64,000 nucleotides of DNA. Origin: an uncultured delta proteobacterium. GTDB lineage: Bacteria; Desulfobacterota; Binatia; UBA9968. The position numbers and the translations under genes were made by a program. The stretch spans positions 320,001-384,000 of the forward strand of contig CAVYTU010000015.1 in assembly GCA_963771465.1 (NCBI GenBank). The letters run 5' to 3'. This document shows positions 1 to 11,638 of the stretch, piece by piece (the stretch's first letter is position 1; every line of letters starts with the position of its first letter). Below the pieces are notes generated by a model. That model had not been told where the DNA came from. It made no database searches and saw nothing but the letters and a program-made list of their open reading frames with translations.

Positions 1-2099
1 AAACTGCTTCCCGGGCAGCGTGGGTCGGCGACATGGGCCGCACAGTAGGCCGGGGTGGCGGGAGCATCCAAATCAACATTGGCGTCTTCGGCGAGAAACG
101 CATTGGTGCCCAAGCGAACGACTTGGTAGCTCAGCGAAAAGTAGTTTGGCTGGTTAAAGTCAGGATCTAAGCTACGGCGCGTTATTGGCCGGGGATCGGA
201 GATCGACAGCGTGGTTTTGCTATTGGTGAATTTCCACGCTCCTGGATCGACGCCACCGTCATAGCGGATAAGTAGATAATTCAAAGGACTCAGCTGTAAC
301 TTGATGTCGAGATCGGTCAGGCTATCGCCGCCCTTTCTTTCCTTGTCGATATCGTAGCCGAGCGCCAAGCGTAGCGACGCCAGCTCTCTAACCGGTCCGG
401 TCACCACCGGATTTAAGAATTCAGTATCCTGCTCGGAGGGCGCTCCCAACAGTGGATTGATGGACTTACCCCAGACTCGGTTGGCCAGCGCCAGTGTAAC
501 CACGTTGCGGCGATTGACGCGGTCGATACCGTCCATGATCGGAATCCGGCTTTGGTTGACGCTCGGGACAAACAGATAGCTCAACTCAGGCTCGACAATA
601 TGTTTGATCTGGTTCAACCCGAAACTGTCGAAGCCGAATAGCCGGCTCACTGAGGTGCCAATATTGGCACGCATTTCCACCAGCTCGCGGGAAACATTGT
701 GATCGTTGGACTTAACCGGCGAATAGAGGTGATAAGCGGTCTCGCGGGGCGCTACACCCAAAGAGCCGACCCAGTGTGACGCTAGTCGAAACGGCAGGAA
801 GAGCTCGGGCCGCAAATCCAGCCGAAAGCCGTCGCCTCCTTCCCGGCGCAAGTAATTAACCGCCTCGGCACGCCAGCGAAACTCCAGCGGCAAGTTCGAC
901 AAAAACCGCCGTCCCCAAAACGACACCTGCGGCGTGCGCTGCAAAGTGATTTTATCGGGTTGGATGAAATCCTGATACAGATTCATTTCAGTCTTGAAGA
1001 ACGTGTCGCTCCAGCTCTTGAACACGCCGAATTGCGACTCGCCGAAGCGGCTGCGGCGAATATTCGACTCGATCGCGCCGCTGAGATCGAAACGCTCGAT
1101 CAGTTCACGGGTAAACAAATCATCGCGATAGGCGGCGAAATCGCTGAAGGTTAGCCAGTCGGAAGCGGTGGTATAGCGGTGCGTACCGATAATACTCCAG
1201 CGATCTTTCGGGATGTGCTGATCGGCGATGGTGCGGTCGACCACCGCGTCTCCTGCATCGTGGCGCAGGTTTTCGTTGAAGTACGAAGTATTGATCGCGA
1301 AGTTGGAATCACGATCAAACTTGGTACGGAATTCGCCGAGCATGCCGATCCTGGCGCGGCTCTCAAAATCGAACTCCAAAGTGGCGTCGGTGCTCCGCGA
1401 GATGGCCCAAAAAAACGGCTGCTGGAAGCGAAATCCTTCTTTCGTCGATTGCCCGAACTTGGGAAAAAGAAAACCAGTTTGTCGCTCGCTACGGAGCGGG
1501 AAAACGCCGTAAGGCAGGTAGAAAACCGGCACATCGAGCACATATAAATATCCGTTCCTAATCGTTCCACTGCCTTCGAGCGTAAGGTCCATTTGCTCCG
1601 CGGAAAACTTCCACGACGGGCTTCCCGACTCACAGAGGCAGGTGGTAAAGAATCCGTCGTCGACGTGGTAGGTCTGACCGCCGAATTTTTGGAAACGCCG
1701 GCCGGATATACTGACGTGGCCCTCTTCCAGAAACAGATCGCCGTTCTCGATGGCGCCGATTTCCGTCGCCATGTTCATTTTGATCGAGTCGGCAGACCTG
1801 ACCTTCCACTCCGGGTCTTCGACACTGACCCTGCCGCTTGCTTCGACTTCCTGAGTTTCGCGATTGAAGCGCACCTCGCCGGCCTTCAGCGTCATTTCCT
1901 GACGCTTGATTTCGACGTTGCCGCTGGCCTCGATCTGATTGGCGCCATTGGCCGCCGATATCTTATCCGCGGTGACGTTGATCTCGCCGCTTTTTTCCGG
2001 GCTAGCCTGGGGGATAACTTCAGCGGCGTCAGCGCGTGCCGCGAGAACCAATGTCATGGCAGCAAACGCCATTGCCAAAAAGCCAAATTTAGATTTCAT
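1..2099 (-). CDS. lptD: LPS assembly protein LptD (C-terminus runs off window)
   Basis: Not in ORF track. Manual translation from ATG at 2099 gives signal peptide MKSKFGFLAMAFAAMTLVLAARADA, then an OstA-like INVTADK..IEASGNVEIK segment and the GFFTTCLC..PSWKFSA motif. The frame is still open at bases 1-120. Confidence 0.85.
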   Translation of the reverse strand, partial: MKSKFGFLAMAFAAMTLVLAARADAAEVIPQASPEKSGEINVTADKISAANGANQIEASGNVEIKRQEMTLKAGEVRFNRETQEVEASGRVSVEDPEWKVRSADSIKMNMATEIGAIENGDLFLEEGHVSISGRRFQKFGGQTYHVDDGFFTTCLCESGSPSWKFSAEQMDLTLEGSGTIRNGYLYVLDVPVFYLPYGVFPLRSERQTGFLFPKFGQSTKEGFRFQQPFFWAISRSTDATLEFDFESRARIGMLGEFRTKFDRDSNFAINTSYFNENLRHDAGDAVVDRTIADQHIPKDRWSIIGTHRYTTASDWLTFSDFAAYRDDLFTRELIERFDLSGAIESNIRRSRFGESQFGVFKSWSDTFFKTEMNLYQDFIQPDKITLQRTPQVSFWGRRFLSNLPLEFRWRAEAVNYLRREGGDGFRLDLRPELFLPFRLASHWVGSLGVAPRETAYHLYSPVKSNDHNVSRELVEMRANIGTSVSRLFGFDSFGLNQIKHIVEPELSYLFVPSVNQSRIPIMDGIDRVNRRNVVTLALANRVWGKSINPLLGAPSEQDTEFLNPVVTGPVRELASLRLALGYDIDKERKGGDSLTDLDIKLQLSPLNYLLIRYDGGVDPGAWKFTNSKTTLSISDPRPITRRSLDPDFNQPNYFSLSYQVVRLGTNAFLAEDANVDLDAPATPAYCAAHVADPRCPGSS

Positions 2100-2130
2100 C
2101 TTCGTAATTGTCGCCAATTCGCCTAAAGTT

Positions 2131-3420
2131 CTATACCGTTGTCGCTTCGGTGATGGCAATATTTTGTAGTAATGGACGAATTTCACCAAGCAAATAGAGC
2201 GATCCGGCGACGACGATAATGTCATTGTCCTGCGCTTCGTCGAGCAGCGTTCGCAATGCGAGCCGAGAGTCGTCAATCGCGCGGCGCGGAATTCCCGCCG
2301 CGAGTTTCTCCGCTAATGCTTCAGGCGCTGCGCTGCGTTCCATCGACACGCGGGTGAAAATGATTTCATCCACCGCTTTCCCCAGCGCAGCGAGCATCAG
2401 CTCCCATTCTTTGTCCGCCATGGCCGCGAACAGCAATTTAATCCTACGGCCCTGGCGCAGTTCATTGAGTTCGCTGACGAGTGCCGCAACTCCTTCACTG
2501 TTATGCGCCCCGTCGAGGATAACCAGCGGCCGTTCACGCATCACTTCCAGCCGCCCTGGCCACTGCACGGTCGCCAGTCCGTCGCGGCGCGCTTGCTCGC
2601 TTACGGAGTAGCGATCGGCGATTAATTCCAGTGTCGCTAGGGCGACCGCCGCATTCGCCCTTTGATGCCGTCCACGAAGCCCAAGTGCCAAATTTGAATA
2701 ATGGTGTTTTATACCTGTATAGTCGAAAAGTCCTTCGTTTTTCAAGGAAAATCCGAAATCCACGCCGAGAAAATAGCTACGCGATAAGCGTACGTCGGCC
2801 ATAGTTTTGAGTAGCTGTGAAACTTCCGGCGACATTTTGCCGAACACAACCGGCACTGCCGGTTTGATGATCCCGCCCTTTTCGCGGGCAATCGATAGCT
2901 CATCGGGTCCGAGATACGCTTGGTGATCTTTCGAGATCGTCGTGATCAGCGAAACCAAGGGACTGACAAGGTTCGTGGCATCGAGCCGCCCGCCCAAACC
3001 TACTTCGATGACCGCGATTTCGACCTGCTGGCGGGCAAAGTAAACAAATGCCATGACGGTAACGAATTCGAAGAACGTCAACGGCACCCCAGCCGCTTCA
3101 GTGCGCCGGCGCACCTCGTCGGCAAGCGTAACGACATCGTTTTGACTGATCTCGCAGTCGCCGATACGCATGCGCTCGGTGAACGAAACCAAGTGCGGCG
3201 AAGTGTAAAGCGCGGTGCGGTAGCCAGCCAAGGAAAGCATGCGATGGAGCATCGCCGACGTCGAGCCTTTGCCGTTGGTGCCAGCGATATGGAGCGACGG
3301 AAAAATTTTTTCCGGGTGATCGAACAGCGCCAAAGCCCGCTCCATGCGGTCAAGGCGCAAATCGATCATGCCGCCGCGCAGATTATAGATTCGCTCAAGG
3401 GTCTCTGAATAACTATCCAT
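2131..3420 (-). CDS. folC: Bifunctional folylpolyglutamate synthase/dihydrofolate synthase
   Basis: HIAGTNGKGS, EVGLGGRLDATN, WPGRLE, LDGAHN motifs. Confidence 0.96.
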   Translation of the reverse strand: MDSYSETLERIYNLRGGMIDLRLDRMERALALFDHPEKIFPSLHIAGTNGKGSTSAMLHRMLSLAGYRTALYTSPHLVSFTERMRIGDCEISQNDVVTLADEVRRRTEAAGVPLTFFEFVTVMAFVYFARQQVEIAVIEVGLGGRLDATNLVSPLVSLITTISKDHQAYLGPDELSIAREKGGIIKPAVPVVFGKMSPEVSQLLKTMADVRLSRSYFLGVDFGFSLKNEGLFDYTGIKHHYSNLALGLRGRHQRANAAVALATLELIADRYSVSEQARRDGLATVQWPGRLEVMRERPLVILDGAHNSEGVAALVSELNELRQGRRIKLLFAAMADKEWELMLAALGKAVDEIIFTRVSMERSAAPEALAEKLAAGIPRRAIDDSRLALRTLLDEAQDNDIIVVAGSLYLLGEIRPLLQNIAITEATTV

Positions 3421-3488
3421 CAGCGATTGTCCGTCGCGATTGCCGACAAGTAGCAGAGATGATCAAACCTTCGACGGAAAACTCAATG

Positions 3489-4301
3489 CTACTTGGGTTT
3501 ATTCGCCTGACGCATGGCACGCTTCAGCCGGGCGGCAAAGATACCGGCTTGTTTAACCTTGGCGTTTTTACTATCGGCGCGCTCGATTTTTTCCACTAAG
3601 GCGCTACCGACCACGGCCGCGTCAGCGAACCCTGCGATCCAGGCAGCCTGCTCAGGCGTCGAGATGCCAAAGCCGACCCCGACCGGCAACGCACCGGCTT
3701 GGCGCACCCGCGCTACTTGCGCTTTGAGACCATCGTCAAAGGTCCGGCGCGCGCCGGTCACGCCGGTAACCGAGACGTAATAAATAAAGCCCCGACCCTG
3801 GCGCGCCACCAATTTGACCCGGTCCGGCCCGCTGGTCGGCGATAGGAGAAAAATCAGATCAATCCCCACCTTATCGGTCCAGCGCTTGAGCTCGCCACTT
3901 TCTTCCGGCGGTAAATCGATGCACAGCACGCCGTCGGCGCCCGCTGCAGCCGCCGCGCGGGCAAACTTTTCCAAACCAAAGCGAAAAAATGGATTGAAGT
4001 AGCCGAACAGAACCACCGGAAGTTGCGAACTCCGGCGAAACTCGCGCACCAACCGAAACACCGCGGCTAATGGAATCGGATGTTTTAACGCGCGCTCGGA
4101 AGAACGTTGAATCGTCGGCCCATCGGCGCTCGGATCGGAAAACGGAATGCCCAACTCAATGCAGTCCGCCCCGCTCGCCTCAAGGGAACGCAAAATTCTA
4201 AGTGTCGTCGCCAAATCAGGGTCGCCGGCGGTGATGAACGGGATCAGCGCCGCCTCACCGCGTCGTTTTAGCTCAGCAAAGGTTTTTTGAATACGGCTCA
4301 T
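3489..4301 (-). CDS. trpA: Tryptophan synthase alpha chain
   Basis: PFITAGDP, ELGIPFSDPSADGPTIQ, VGFGIS. Start moved to MSRIQK at 4301. Confidence 0.97.
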   Translation of the reverse strand: MSRIQKTFAELKRRGEAALIPFITAGDPDLATTLRILRSLEASGADCIELGIPFSDPSADGPTIQRSSERALKHPIPLAAVFRLVREFRRSSQLPVVLFGYFNPFFRFGLEKFARAAAAAGADGVLCIDLPPEESGELKRWTDKVGIDLIFLLSPTSGPDRVKLVARQGRGFIYYVSVTGVTGARRTFDDGLKAQVARVRQAGALPVGVGFGISTPEQAAWIAGFADAAVVGSALVEKIERADSKNAKVKQAGIFAARLKRAMRQANKPK

Positions 4302-4396
4302 GTTTCGATTTAAACCGCTTACGACTTCAACGTGCCAGAGTTCAAAGTTATCGGCGTGTTTCCGCACCGGCCTTGAACTTGAACCCTGAAGGATTC

Positions 4397-5617
<1,221 letters not shown>

Positions 5618-6288
5618 GATCCTTGACACCTGGGCGCGCTTCCACGCCGCTACAAACATCGACCCCGTAGGGATGTATCCGCTCGATCGCCTGGACGACG
5701 TTGTCGACCCGCAAGCCGCCGGAGAGAATCAACCTGCTCGGGTCGATGCCGTCGAGCCACTGCCACGGAAACTGCGCCCCCGAACCGCCGTAACCAGGCG
5801 AAAACGAATCGAGCAAATAAAAATCAGCCGAAATACTTTTCATGCTATCGAGGGACGACTGCTCTTTCACGCGAATCGCCTTGATCACTTTCATGTCCCA
5901 GCCGCGGCAATACGCCGCGCTCTCCTCACCGTGGAACTGTAAGCCGCGATACGCCTGGCGGCCATCGGCCAACTCGCCGCGGGCGACCGTCTCGAGAACT
6001 TTCTCGCGCGACTCATTGACGAATAGCGCGATGTTGAAAGAGTCGGACGGCAAATATTCGATAATTTCACGTGCCTGCTCCGCTGCAATCGAGCGCGGGC
6101 TCGGCGGATAGAAATTAAACCCCAGCATGTCCGCGCCGTACTCCAACGCCTTTTCGGCATCGGTCAAAGAAGTGATGCCGCAAACTTTGATTTTCACCGC
6201 TGTCATGACCTTCGCTAAGCTAGAATCCCTGCAACTTCCTCGCGCCAACGACAAATATTGTCGAACCTGCGTCGACCGTCCGCGCTTT

Positions 6289-6373
6289 CGTCATTCCCGC
6301 CAAAGCCGGAATCCAGTCCTTCAATGGCGCTCGTCGCATTCCAAACTGGATTCTGGCATGTGCTGCGATCACG
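6289..6373. repeat. Degenerate REP-like palindromic element (CGTCATTCCCGC..GGAATCCAG type)
   Basis: Arm 6289-6316 (cgtcattcccgccaaagccggaatccag) and arm 6346-6373 (ctggattctggcatgtgctgcgatcacg) match as an inverted repeat at about 20/28 positions. Confidence 0.65.
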
Positions 6374-6433
6374 GAATTTGCGGCTCGACCTAAAAAAGTT
6401 ACCGACTGCACGCGCTTTCCACCAAACACAGGT

Positions 6434-7213
6434 TCAACCATTCAATAACTCCGCCAACTTCTTTCCCGGCTCGGGCGCGCGCATTAGCGACTCGCCGATC
6501 AGAAAAGCGTGAACCCCCAACTTCTCCACCCGGCGAATTTGCTCGAGACTATCGATACCGCTCTCACACACCGCCGGCTTGCCGGCCGGAACCAGCGGCG
6601 CCAAACGCTCGGTGGTTGCCAAACTCACCGCGAAGGTTTTCAAATCGCGATTGTTGATGCCGATCATCTCCGCGCCAGCATCGATGGCCGCTGCGAGTTC
6701 GTTTTCCGTATGCACTTCGACCAGCGAATCCAGTTGTAATGCCGTCGCCTGCTGGCGCAACTCCCGCATCAAACTCGGCTCGAGCATCGCCGCGATGAAA
6801 AGCACCGCGTCGGCGCCATAGCTTTTGGCCTCGTCAAGTTGGTAGCCATCGAGCATGAAGTCTTTGCGCAGCAACGGCACGCTGACCGCGGCGCGAATCT
6901 GCTCTAGATACATAATATCGCCGTGAAAAAAACGGTCTTCGGTCAACACCGAGATTGCGCTCGCTCCATGCGTCGCGTAGTCCTTGGCGATCGCCACCGC
7001 ATCGAAGTCGGCGCGGATCAAACCCTTCGACGGTGAGGTTTTTTTGACTTCGGCGATGACGCGGCGGGTGGCGCCGCTTACGGCGTTGGCGAAACCGCGC
7101 GTCGGCGCGCGGTATAGTGGGCGCTCGCGCAGCGCCGACAACGGCAGCTCGCGCCGCCGACGTTCGACGACGCCGCGCACATGCTCGGCAATAGTGGTGA
7201 GTATTTCGGCCAT
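6434..7213 (-). CDS. trpC: Indole-3-glycerol phosphate synthase
   Basis: IAEVKKTSPSKG, ISVLTE, LLRKDF, GINNRDL, ESGI, LIGESLM. Confidence 0.97.
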   Translation of the reverse strand: MAEILTTIAEHVRGVVERRRRELPLSALRERPLYRAPTRGFANAVSGATRRVIAEVKKTSPSKGLIRADFDAVAIAKDYATHGASAISVLTEDRFFHGDIMYLEQIRAAVSVPLLRKDFMLDGYQLDEAKSYGADAVLFIAAMLEPSLMRELRQQATALQLDSLVEVHTENELAAAIDAGAEMIGINNRDLKTFAVSLATTERLAPLVPAGKPAVCESGIDSLEQIRRVEKLGVHAFLIGESLMRAPEPGKKLAELLNG

Positions 7214-7219
7214 GGGAGT

Positions 7220-8236
7220 TCAGGCGGCATTGGTGAGCTCGGCCAATTGCTGAAGTTTTTGCCGCGCTTTACCGGAATCGATCGACTCCGCGGCAACTCT
7301 GATCCCCTCTTGAATGTTCGCGGCTCGACCGCTGACGTAGAACGCCGCGCCGCTGTTGAGCAAAACCACATCGCGCGCCGGACCTTTGTTGCCGGCCAAC
7401 ACGCTGCGAACGATCTCGGCGCTCTGCTCGGCGCTGCCGCCGTGGAGATCCTCCAGCATGCAGCGTTTGAAACCAACTTGTTCGGGTTCGAAAAGATATT
7501 CCTTAACCTGGCCATCGCGCAGCTCGGCAACTTTGGTGGGTCCGCAAAGGGAAATCTCGTCTAGCCCTTCCAAGCCGTGCACCACCATGGCACGCACGCT
7601 GCCGAGATTTTTAAGCACGTTGGCGATGCTGCCAACAAGGTCGCCGCTATAAATGCCGATCAATTGATGGCTCGCCATCGCCGGATTGGTCAGCGGGCCG
7701 AGTATGTTAAATATGGTCCGAATGCCGATATCGCGGCGCGGTCCGACCGCGTATTTCATCGCTTCATGAAGCAGCGGCGCGAACAGGAAACCGATGCCGA
7801 TGGTGGCAATACACTGTTCGACCCGTTCTTTTGGCGCGTCGACTTTGACACCGAGAGCGCCGAGCACATCGGCGCTGCCGGATTGGCTCGATACTGAACG
7901 GTTGCCATGCTTGGCCACGTCCACGCCGGCGCCGGCGACGACCAACGCCGAGGTGGTAGAAATATTGAAGGTACCCTTCTGATCGCCGCCGGTGCCGCAA
8001 GTGTCGAGCACGGTTTTGCCGCCGACGTTTACCCGGTGTGCCTTCTCGCGCATCACCCGCGCCGCGCCGGTGATCTCCTCGACGGTTTCACCCTTCATGC
8101 GCAGCGCCGTGAGAAACGCCGCCACCTGCAACGGCGTCGCTTCACCGGTCATGATCTGGTTCATCACGTCGACGGTGTCCGCCTCGGAAAGATCGATGCG
8201 ATTGACCAGCTTATCGATTGCTTCGCGAATGTTCAT
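7220..8236 (-). CDS. trpD: Anthranilate phosphoribosyltransferase
   Basis: [34 protein letters not shown]. Confidence 0.97.
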   Translation of the reverse strand: MNIREAIDKLVNRIDLSEADTVDVMNQIMTGEATPLQVAAFLTALRMKGETVEEITGAARVMREKAHRVNVGGKTVLDTCGTGGDQKGTFNISTTSALVVAGAGVDVAKHGNRSVSSQSGSADVLGALGVKVDAPKERVEQCIATIGIGFLFAPLLHEAMKYAVGPRRDIGIRTIFNILGPLTNPAMASHQLIGIYSGDLVGSIANVLKNLGSVRAMVVHGLEGLDEISLCGPTKVAELRDGQVKEYLFEPEQVGFKRCMLEDLHGGSAEQSAEIVRSVLAGNKGPARDVVLLNSGAAFYVSGRAANIQEGIRVAAESIDSGKARQKLQQLAELTNAA

Positions 8237-8251
8237 GCTGATGCTGGTGAT

Positions 8252-8914
8252 TTATTTGCTCGCGGCGAAGGCGTTCGAGTGATTCTCCTTGGTCCTAAGC
8301 GCATCGGCGATTTTCTCTGCCTGTTCGCGGCTGTCATAACGGCCTACACTGACACGATACCAAGTTTTGCCGCGGTTCTGCACGTCGCTGACATAGGCGT
8401 TGTAGCCTTTATTTTTTAGCCGATCAACCAACTGGATCGCCGAGCGCTCGTCGGGAAAGGCATTGACCTGGGCGCGCCACACTGTACCTGGATCGCCGGC
8501 TTCGGTGCCCGCCGCCGACTCGGTCTTCTTCGGCGCCGTCTCGGCGGCGATTTTCTCCGTCTTCTTTTCTACTGCCTTGGGGGCCGCTTCGGCTACGACG
8601 ATTTTCTCGGTTGGTTTTTCCTTCGCTTTCTCCTCCGCCACACTCGGCGCGGACGATTTCGCCTCCGGACCGTTGAAGGTAATCTCGTCTTTCCTTTGCG
8701 CGGCGCCGCCGCCCGGTGCGCCTTCCGGTTTCACCGGGATCTTCACAAGCGGCTCGTCCTTCTTTAAGATTTTTCTTTCCTCGATGCCCTTGCCGACGAA
8801 CATGCCGAGAAAAAAAATCACCACGGCAGCCGACGTAAACGCAGCGCCGAGTAGAACCATCTGGCCGCGGGTGTAGTAATAACGATTTTCTTTACCCCTG
8901 CGATTTTCCGCCAT
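8252..8914 (-). CDS. Bitopic SPOR-domain cell division protein (FtsN/DedD-like)
   Basis: N-terminal TM helix, low-complexity linker, C-terminal SPOR (QVNAF..A..L...L..KGY..WYRVSVGRY). Typical argS neighbour. Confidence 0.85.
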   Translation of the reverse strand: MAENRRGKENRYYYTRGQMVLLGAAFTSAAVVIFFLGMFVGKGIEERKILKKDEPLVKIPVKPEGAPGGGAAQRKDEITFNGPEAKSSAPSVAEEKAKEKPTEKIVVAEAAPKAVEKKTEKIAAETAPKKTESAAGTEAGDPGTVWRAQVNAFPDERSAIQLVDRLKNKGYNAYVSDVQNRGKTWYRVSVGRYDSREQAEKIADALRTKENHSNAFAASK

Positions 8915-9005
8915 GAAAATTTCCCCTCGTATCCAGAACCGGGCAAAGCCCCGTCGACTTGAGCTAGTTAAACCGCAATCGACTACTTATGACGACAGAC
9001 TGACG

Positions 9006-10700
9006 TCAATTGGACACTTGACCCTCCGCCTCAACTCGTGACGCCATTTTGTAGGGCGCCGCCACGCCTAAAATCTCCAGCCCCCGGCGAATCGTCTTTT
9101 GCACGTTCTCCAGCAATAACAAGCGCGCCCGGCTGAGATCGACGTCATCCGAAATCACCCTGTGGCGGTTGTAGTAGCGATGAAACTCACCGGCGAGTTC
9201 GAGCAAGTAAAAAACCATCCGATGCGGTTCGAGCTCGCGCACCGAATCCGCCAGAACATCGTTGAATTGAATCATCTGGCGCACCAATTCCAATTCCTCG
9301 GCGAGCTCCAAGCGCTCCACGGGAACGCTGTCATGGGCGCCGAGCGCGACGCCGCTTTTGGCCGCCTGCTCAAAGATGCTCGCTACCCGCGCATGGGCAT
9401 ACTGCACGTAAAATACCGGATTCTCGCTCGACTGTTTTTTGGCCAGCTCCAAATCAAAATCGAGATGGCTGTCCGATTTACGCATTAAAAAAAAGAACCG
9501 CGCCGCATCCGCGCCGACTTCGTCCAACACTTCTTCCAGCGCGACGAATTCGCCGGTGCGTTTGCCCATGCGCACCGGCTCGCCGGCGCGGGTGAGCTGG
9601 ACCATTTGGACAAGCACCACTTGCAAAGCGTTGGGGTCGTAACCCAACCCCTGCATCGCCGCCTTCAAGCGCGCCACGTAGCCGTGATGATCGGCGCCCC
9701 AGACGTTGATCAGCTTGGTGAATTTACGCTCAAACTTGTTGCGGTGATAGGCGATGTCGGCGGCGAAATAGGTCAGCTCGCCGTCGCTCTTGATCACCGT
9801 GCGGTCCTTGTCGTCGCCGAACTGGGTCGAACGATACCACTCGGCGCCGTCTTGGGCATAAAGCAAGCCGAGAGCGCGCAAACGCGCCATCGACTCGGCC
9901 ACTTCGCTGCGCTCGCGCATGGCCTTCTCGCTGAAATAGGTATCGAAGCGAATGCCGAACTGGCCAAGCTGCCCGCGGATCGTGTTCAATAGGGAATCGC
10001 CGCCGTATTGCCGAAAGAAATTTGTCGCCGTCTCCTTGTTCACGTACAAAAACTTATCGCCGTCGCGCGCTTTCACTTCGGCAGCAAGCTCTTTGACGTA
10101 ATCGCCCGGATAGCCGCCTTCAGGAAACTCGACTTGCTCGCCGAACGCTTCCCGGTAGCGCGCGTAAAGCGACAGAGCCAAATTCTCCATCTGGTTGCCG
10201 GCGTCGTTGACGTAGTATTCCCTTTCGACATCGAAGCCGGTCGCTTCGTGCAAGCGCGCCAGCACGTCGCCGATCACAGCTACTCGGCCGTGACCGACGT
10301 GCAGCGGCCCGGTTGGATTGACACTGGCAAATTCAACTTGCACTTTTTGTCGGTGGCCGATGTCGAGTTGGGAATTCGTACCGGCATCGATGACGCGCAG
10401 TTGCTGGAAATAAAATTTCGGCGCGAACGCGAAATTTAAAAACCCCGGCCCGGCGATCTCCTTACGAGCGAGAATTCCGTCGGCATCGTCGATGTTTTTG
10501 AGAATCGCTTCGGCCAACGCTCGCGGCGCTTTTTTCGCGCTCTTCGCCCAAAGCATGGCGACGTTTGACGACAAGTCGCCAAACTCACGCTGCTTCGGCG
10601 GCTCAAACAACAAGGGCGGAATCTCCGTAATATTCAGCCCTTCAACCCGCGCCGCTTTCTCGACGGCTGGGGCCAAAAGCGTCTTAAGGTGACTTCGCAT
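9006..10700 (-). CDS. argS: Arginine--tRNA ligase
   Basis: AGPGFLNF, EFASVNPTGPLHVGHGR, WGADHHGY, YVQYAHAR. Confidence 0.97.
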   Translation of the reverse strand: MRSHLKTLLAPAVEKAARVEGLNITEIPPLLFEPPKQREFGDLSSNVAMLWAKSAKKAPRALAEAILKNIDDADGILARKEIAGPGFLNFAFAPKFYFQQLRVIDAGTNSQLDIGHRQKVQVEFASVNPTGPLHVGHGRVAVIGDVLARLHEATGFDVEREYYVNDAGNQMENLALSLYARYREAFGEQVEFPEGGYPGDYVKELAAEVKARDGDKFLYVNKETATNFFRQYGGDSLLNTIRGQLGQFGIRFDTYFSEKAMRERSEVAESMARLRALGLLYAQDGAEWYRSTQFGDDKDRTVIKSDGELTYFAADIAYHRNKFERKFTKLINVWGADHHGYVARLKAAMQGLGYDPNALQVVLVQMVQLTRAGEPVRMGKRTGEFVALEEVLDEVGADAARFFFLMRKSDSHLDFDLELAKKQSSENPVFYVQYAHARVASIFEQAAKSGVALGAHDSVPVERLELAEELELVRQMIQFNDVLADSVRELEPHRMVFYLLELAGEFHRYYNRHRVISDDVDLSRARLLLLENVQKTIRRGLEILGVAAPYKMASRVEAEGQVSN

Positions 10701-10798
10701 CGTTTCTCTTAAAAATCCGTTTCCGCTCCCGGCGCTGGCGTCAGAGAACGAGAAGTTTAGTAACTAAGTAACGGGGAATTACGACCGACAACGAAAAC

Positions 10799-10827
10799 AA
10801 TTTAACGTAATGAACTGACCTGTGCAA
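10799..10827 (-). promoter_or_regulatory. Putative sigma70 promoter for argS
   Basis: Minus strand TTGCAC-N17-TAAATT about 100 nt upstream of the argS ATG. Confidence 0.5.
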
Positions 10828-10860
10828 ACCAGGCTCTTCACATTCTGGCAGGCGTCCGCC

Positions 10861-11577
10861 TCACCTCTTTTTTGAATCCTTCAATAGCCGGCGAATCTCC
10901 GGAGGAAACTCGCGCTTGGGCGAATTGTCCTTGGGCCTAAATGGCGGCAGCGTCGCATCTTTGCGCGCCGCGGCGACATACTGCCGCTTCGTCACAGCTT
11001 CATCGCGAACCCAATACTTCGGATAGCCGCGTCTGAGTTTCCCCGCAAAATTCCACTCACGGTTTATGCCATGAGACTTTCCTTCGTACCAATGTTTTTC
11101 ATCCCAAACGGACTTCTCGTCATCGTTTAGCCACCAAACAAATCCATGTAACAATCCATTTCGAACAGAATGTATTTCACACACGTAGTAAGAGGGACCG
11201 TGGAAACTCATATTGCGCCAAAGATCATAGCCGGTGCCGTGAACCATCTTGTAGGTTCCAATGACTCGGCCATCTCGACCGTATTGTTTGGCTGTACCGT
11301 GACATTTCCCGTCCCAGTAGGGCTCCACGGACAATAATGTCCCGTCATCATCCCAGGTCAGCTCGCGACCGTGCTTCTTGCCATCCTTCATCGGCGTTTC
11401 ATTGATGAGAACACCGTCGGCATTATAGTAGCGGTAGCCGACAATTTTTCTGGCAATGCGATACGCACGGACTTCCGGATGAAACACACCACCACTGCTA
11501 TGACGCTGTTCTTCGCTATAAGAACCAATCATTTCTTCCTTCGCGTCTGCGGGGATATCAGACTTATGCCGTCTCAT
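10861..11577 (-). CDS. MORN-variant repeat protein (YwqK antitoxin-like)
   Basis: Repeated G..HG....(W/Y)...G units (DGKKHGREL, DGKCHGTAK, NGLLHGFVW, EGKSHGINR). Confidence 0.7.
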   Translation of the reverse strand: MRRHKSDIPADAKEEMIGSYSEEQRHSSGGVFHPEVRAYRIARKIVGYRYYNADGVLINETPMKDGKKHGRELTWDDDGTLLSVEPYWDGKCHGTAKQYGRDGRVIGTYKMVHGTGYDLWRNMSFHGPSYYVCEIHSVRNGLLHGFVWWLNDDEKSVWDEKHWYEGKSHGINREWNFAGKLRRGYPKYWVRDEAVTKRQYVAAARKDATLPPFRPKDNSPKREFPPEIRRLLKDSKKR

Positions 11578-11638
11578 ATAAATTTAGGATTGCGATCGGA
11601 GCGACTGATGGCGGCAAGAATGAGCGGCGAACTCGTGC

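Noticed and set aside
10701-10860. T-box leader upstream of argS
   Set aside because: No T-box consensus or terminator; the region is explained by a promoter
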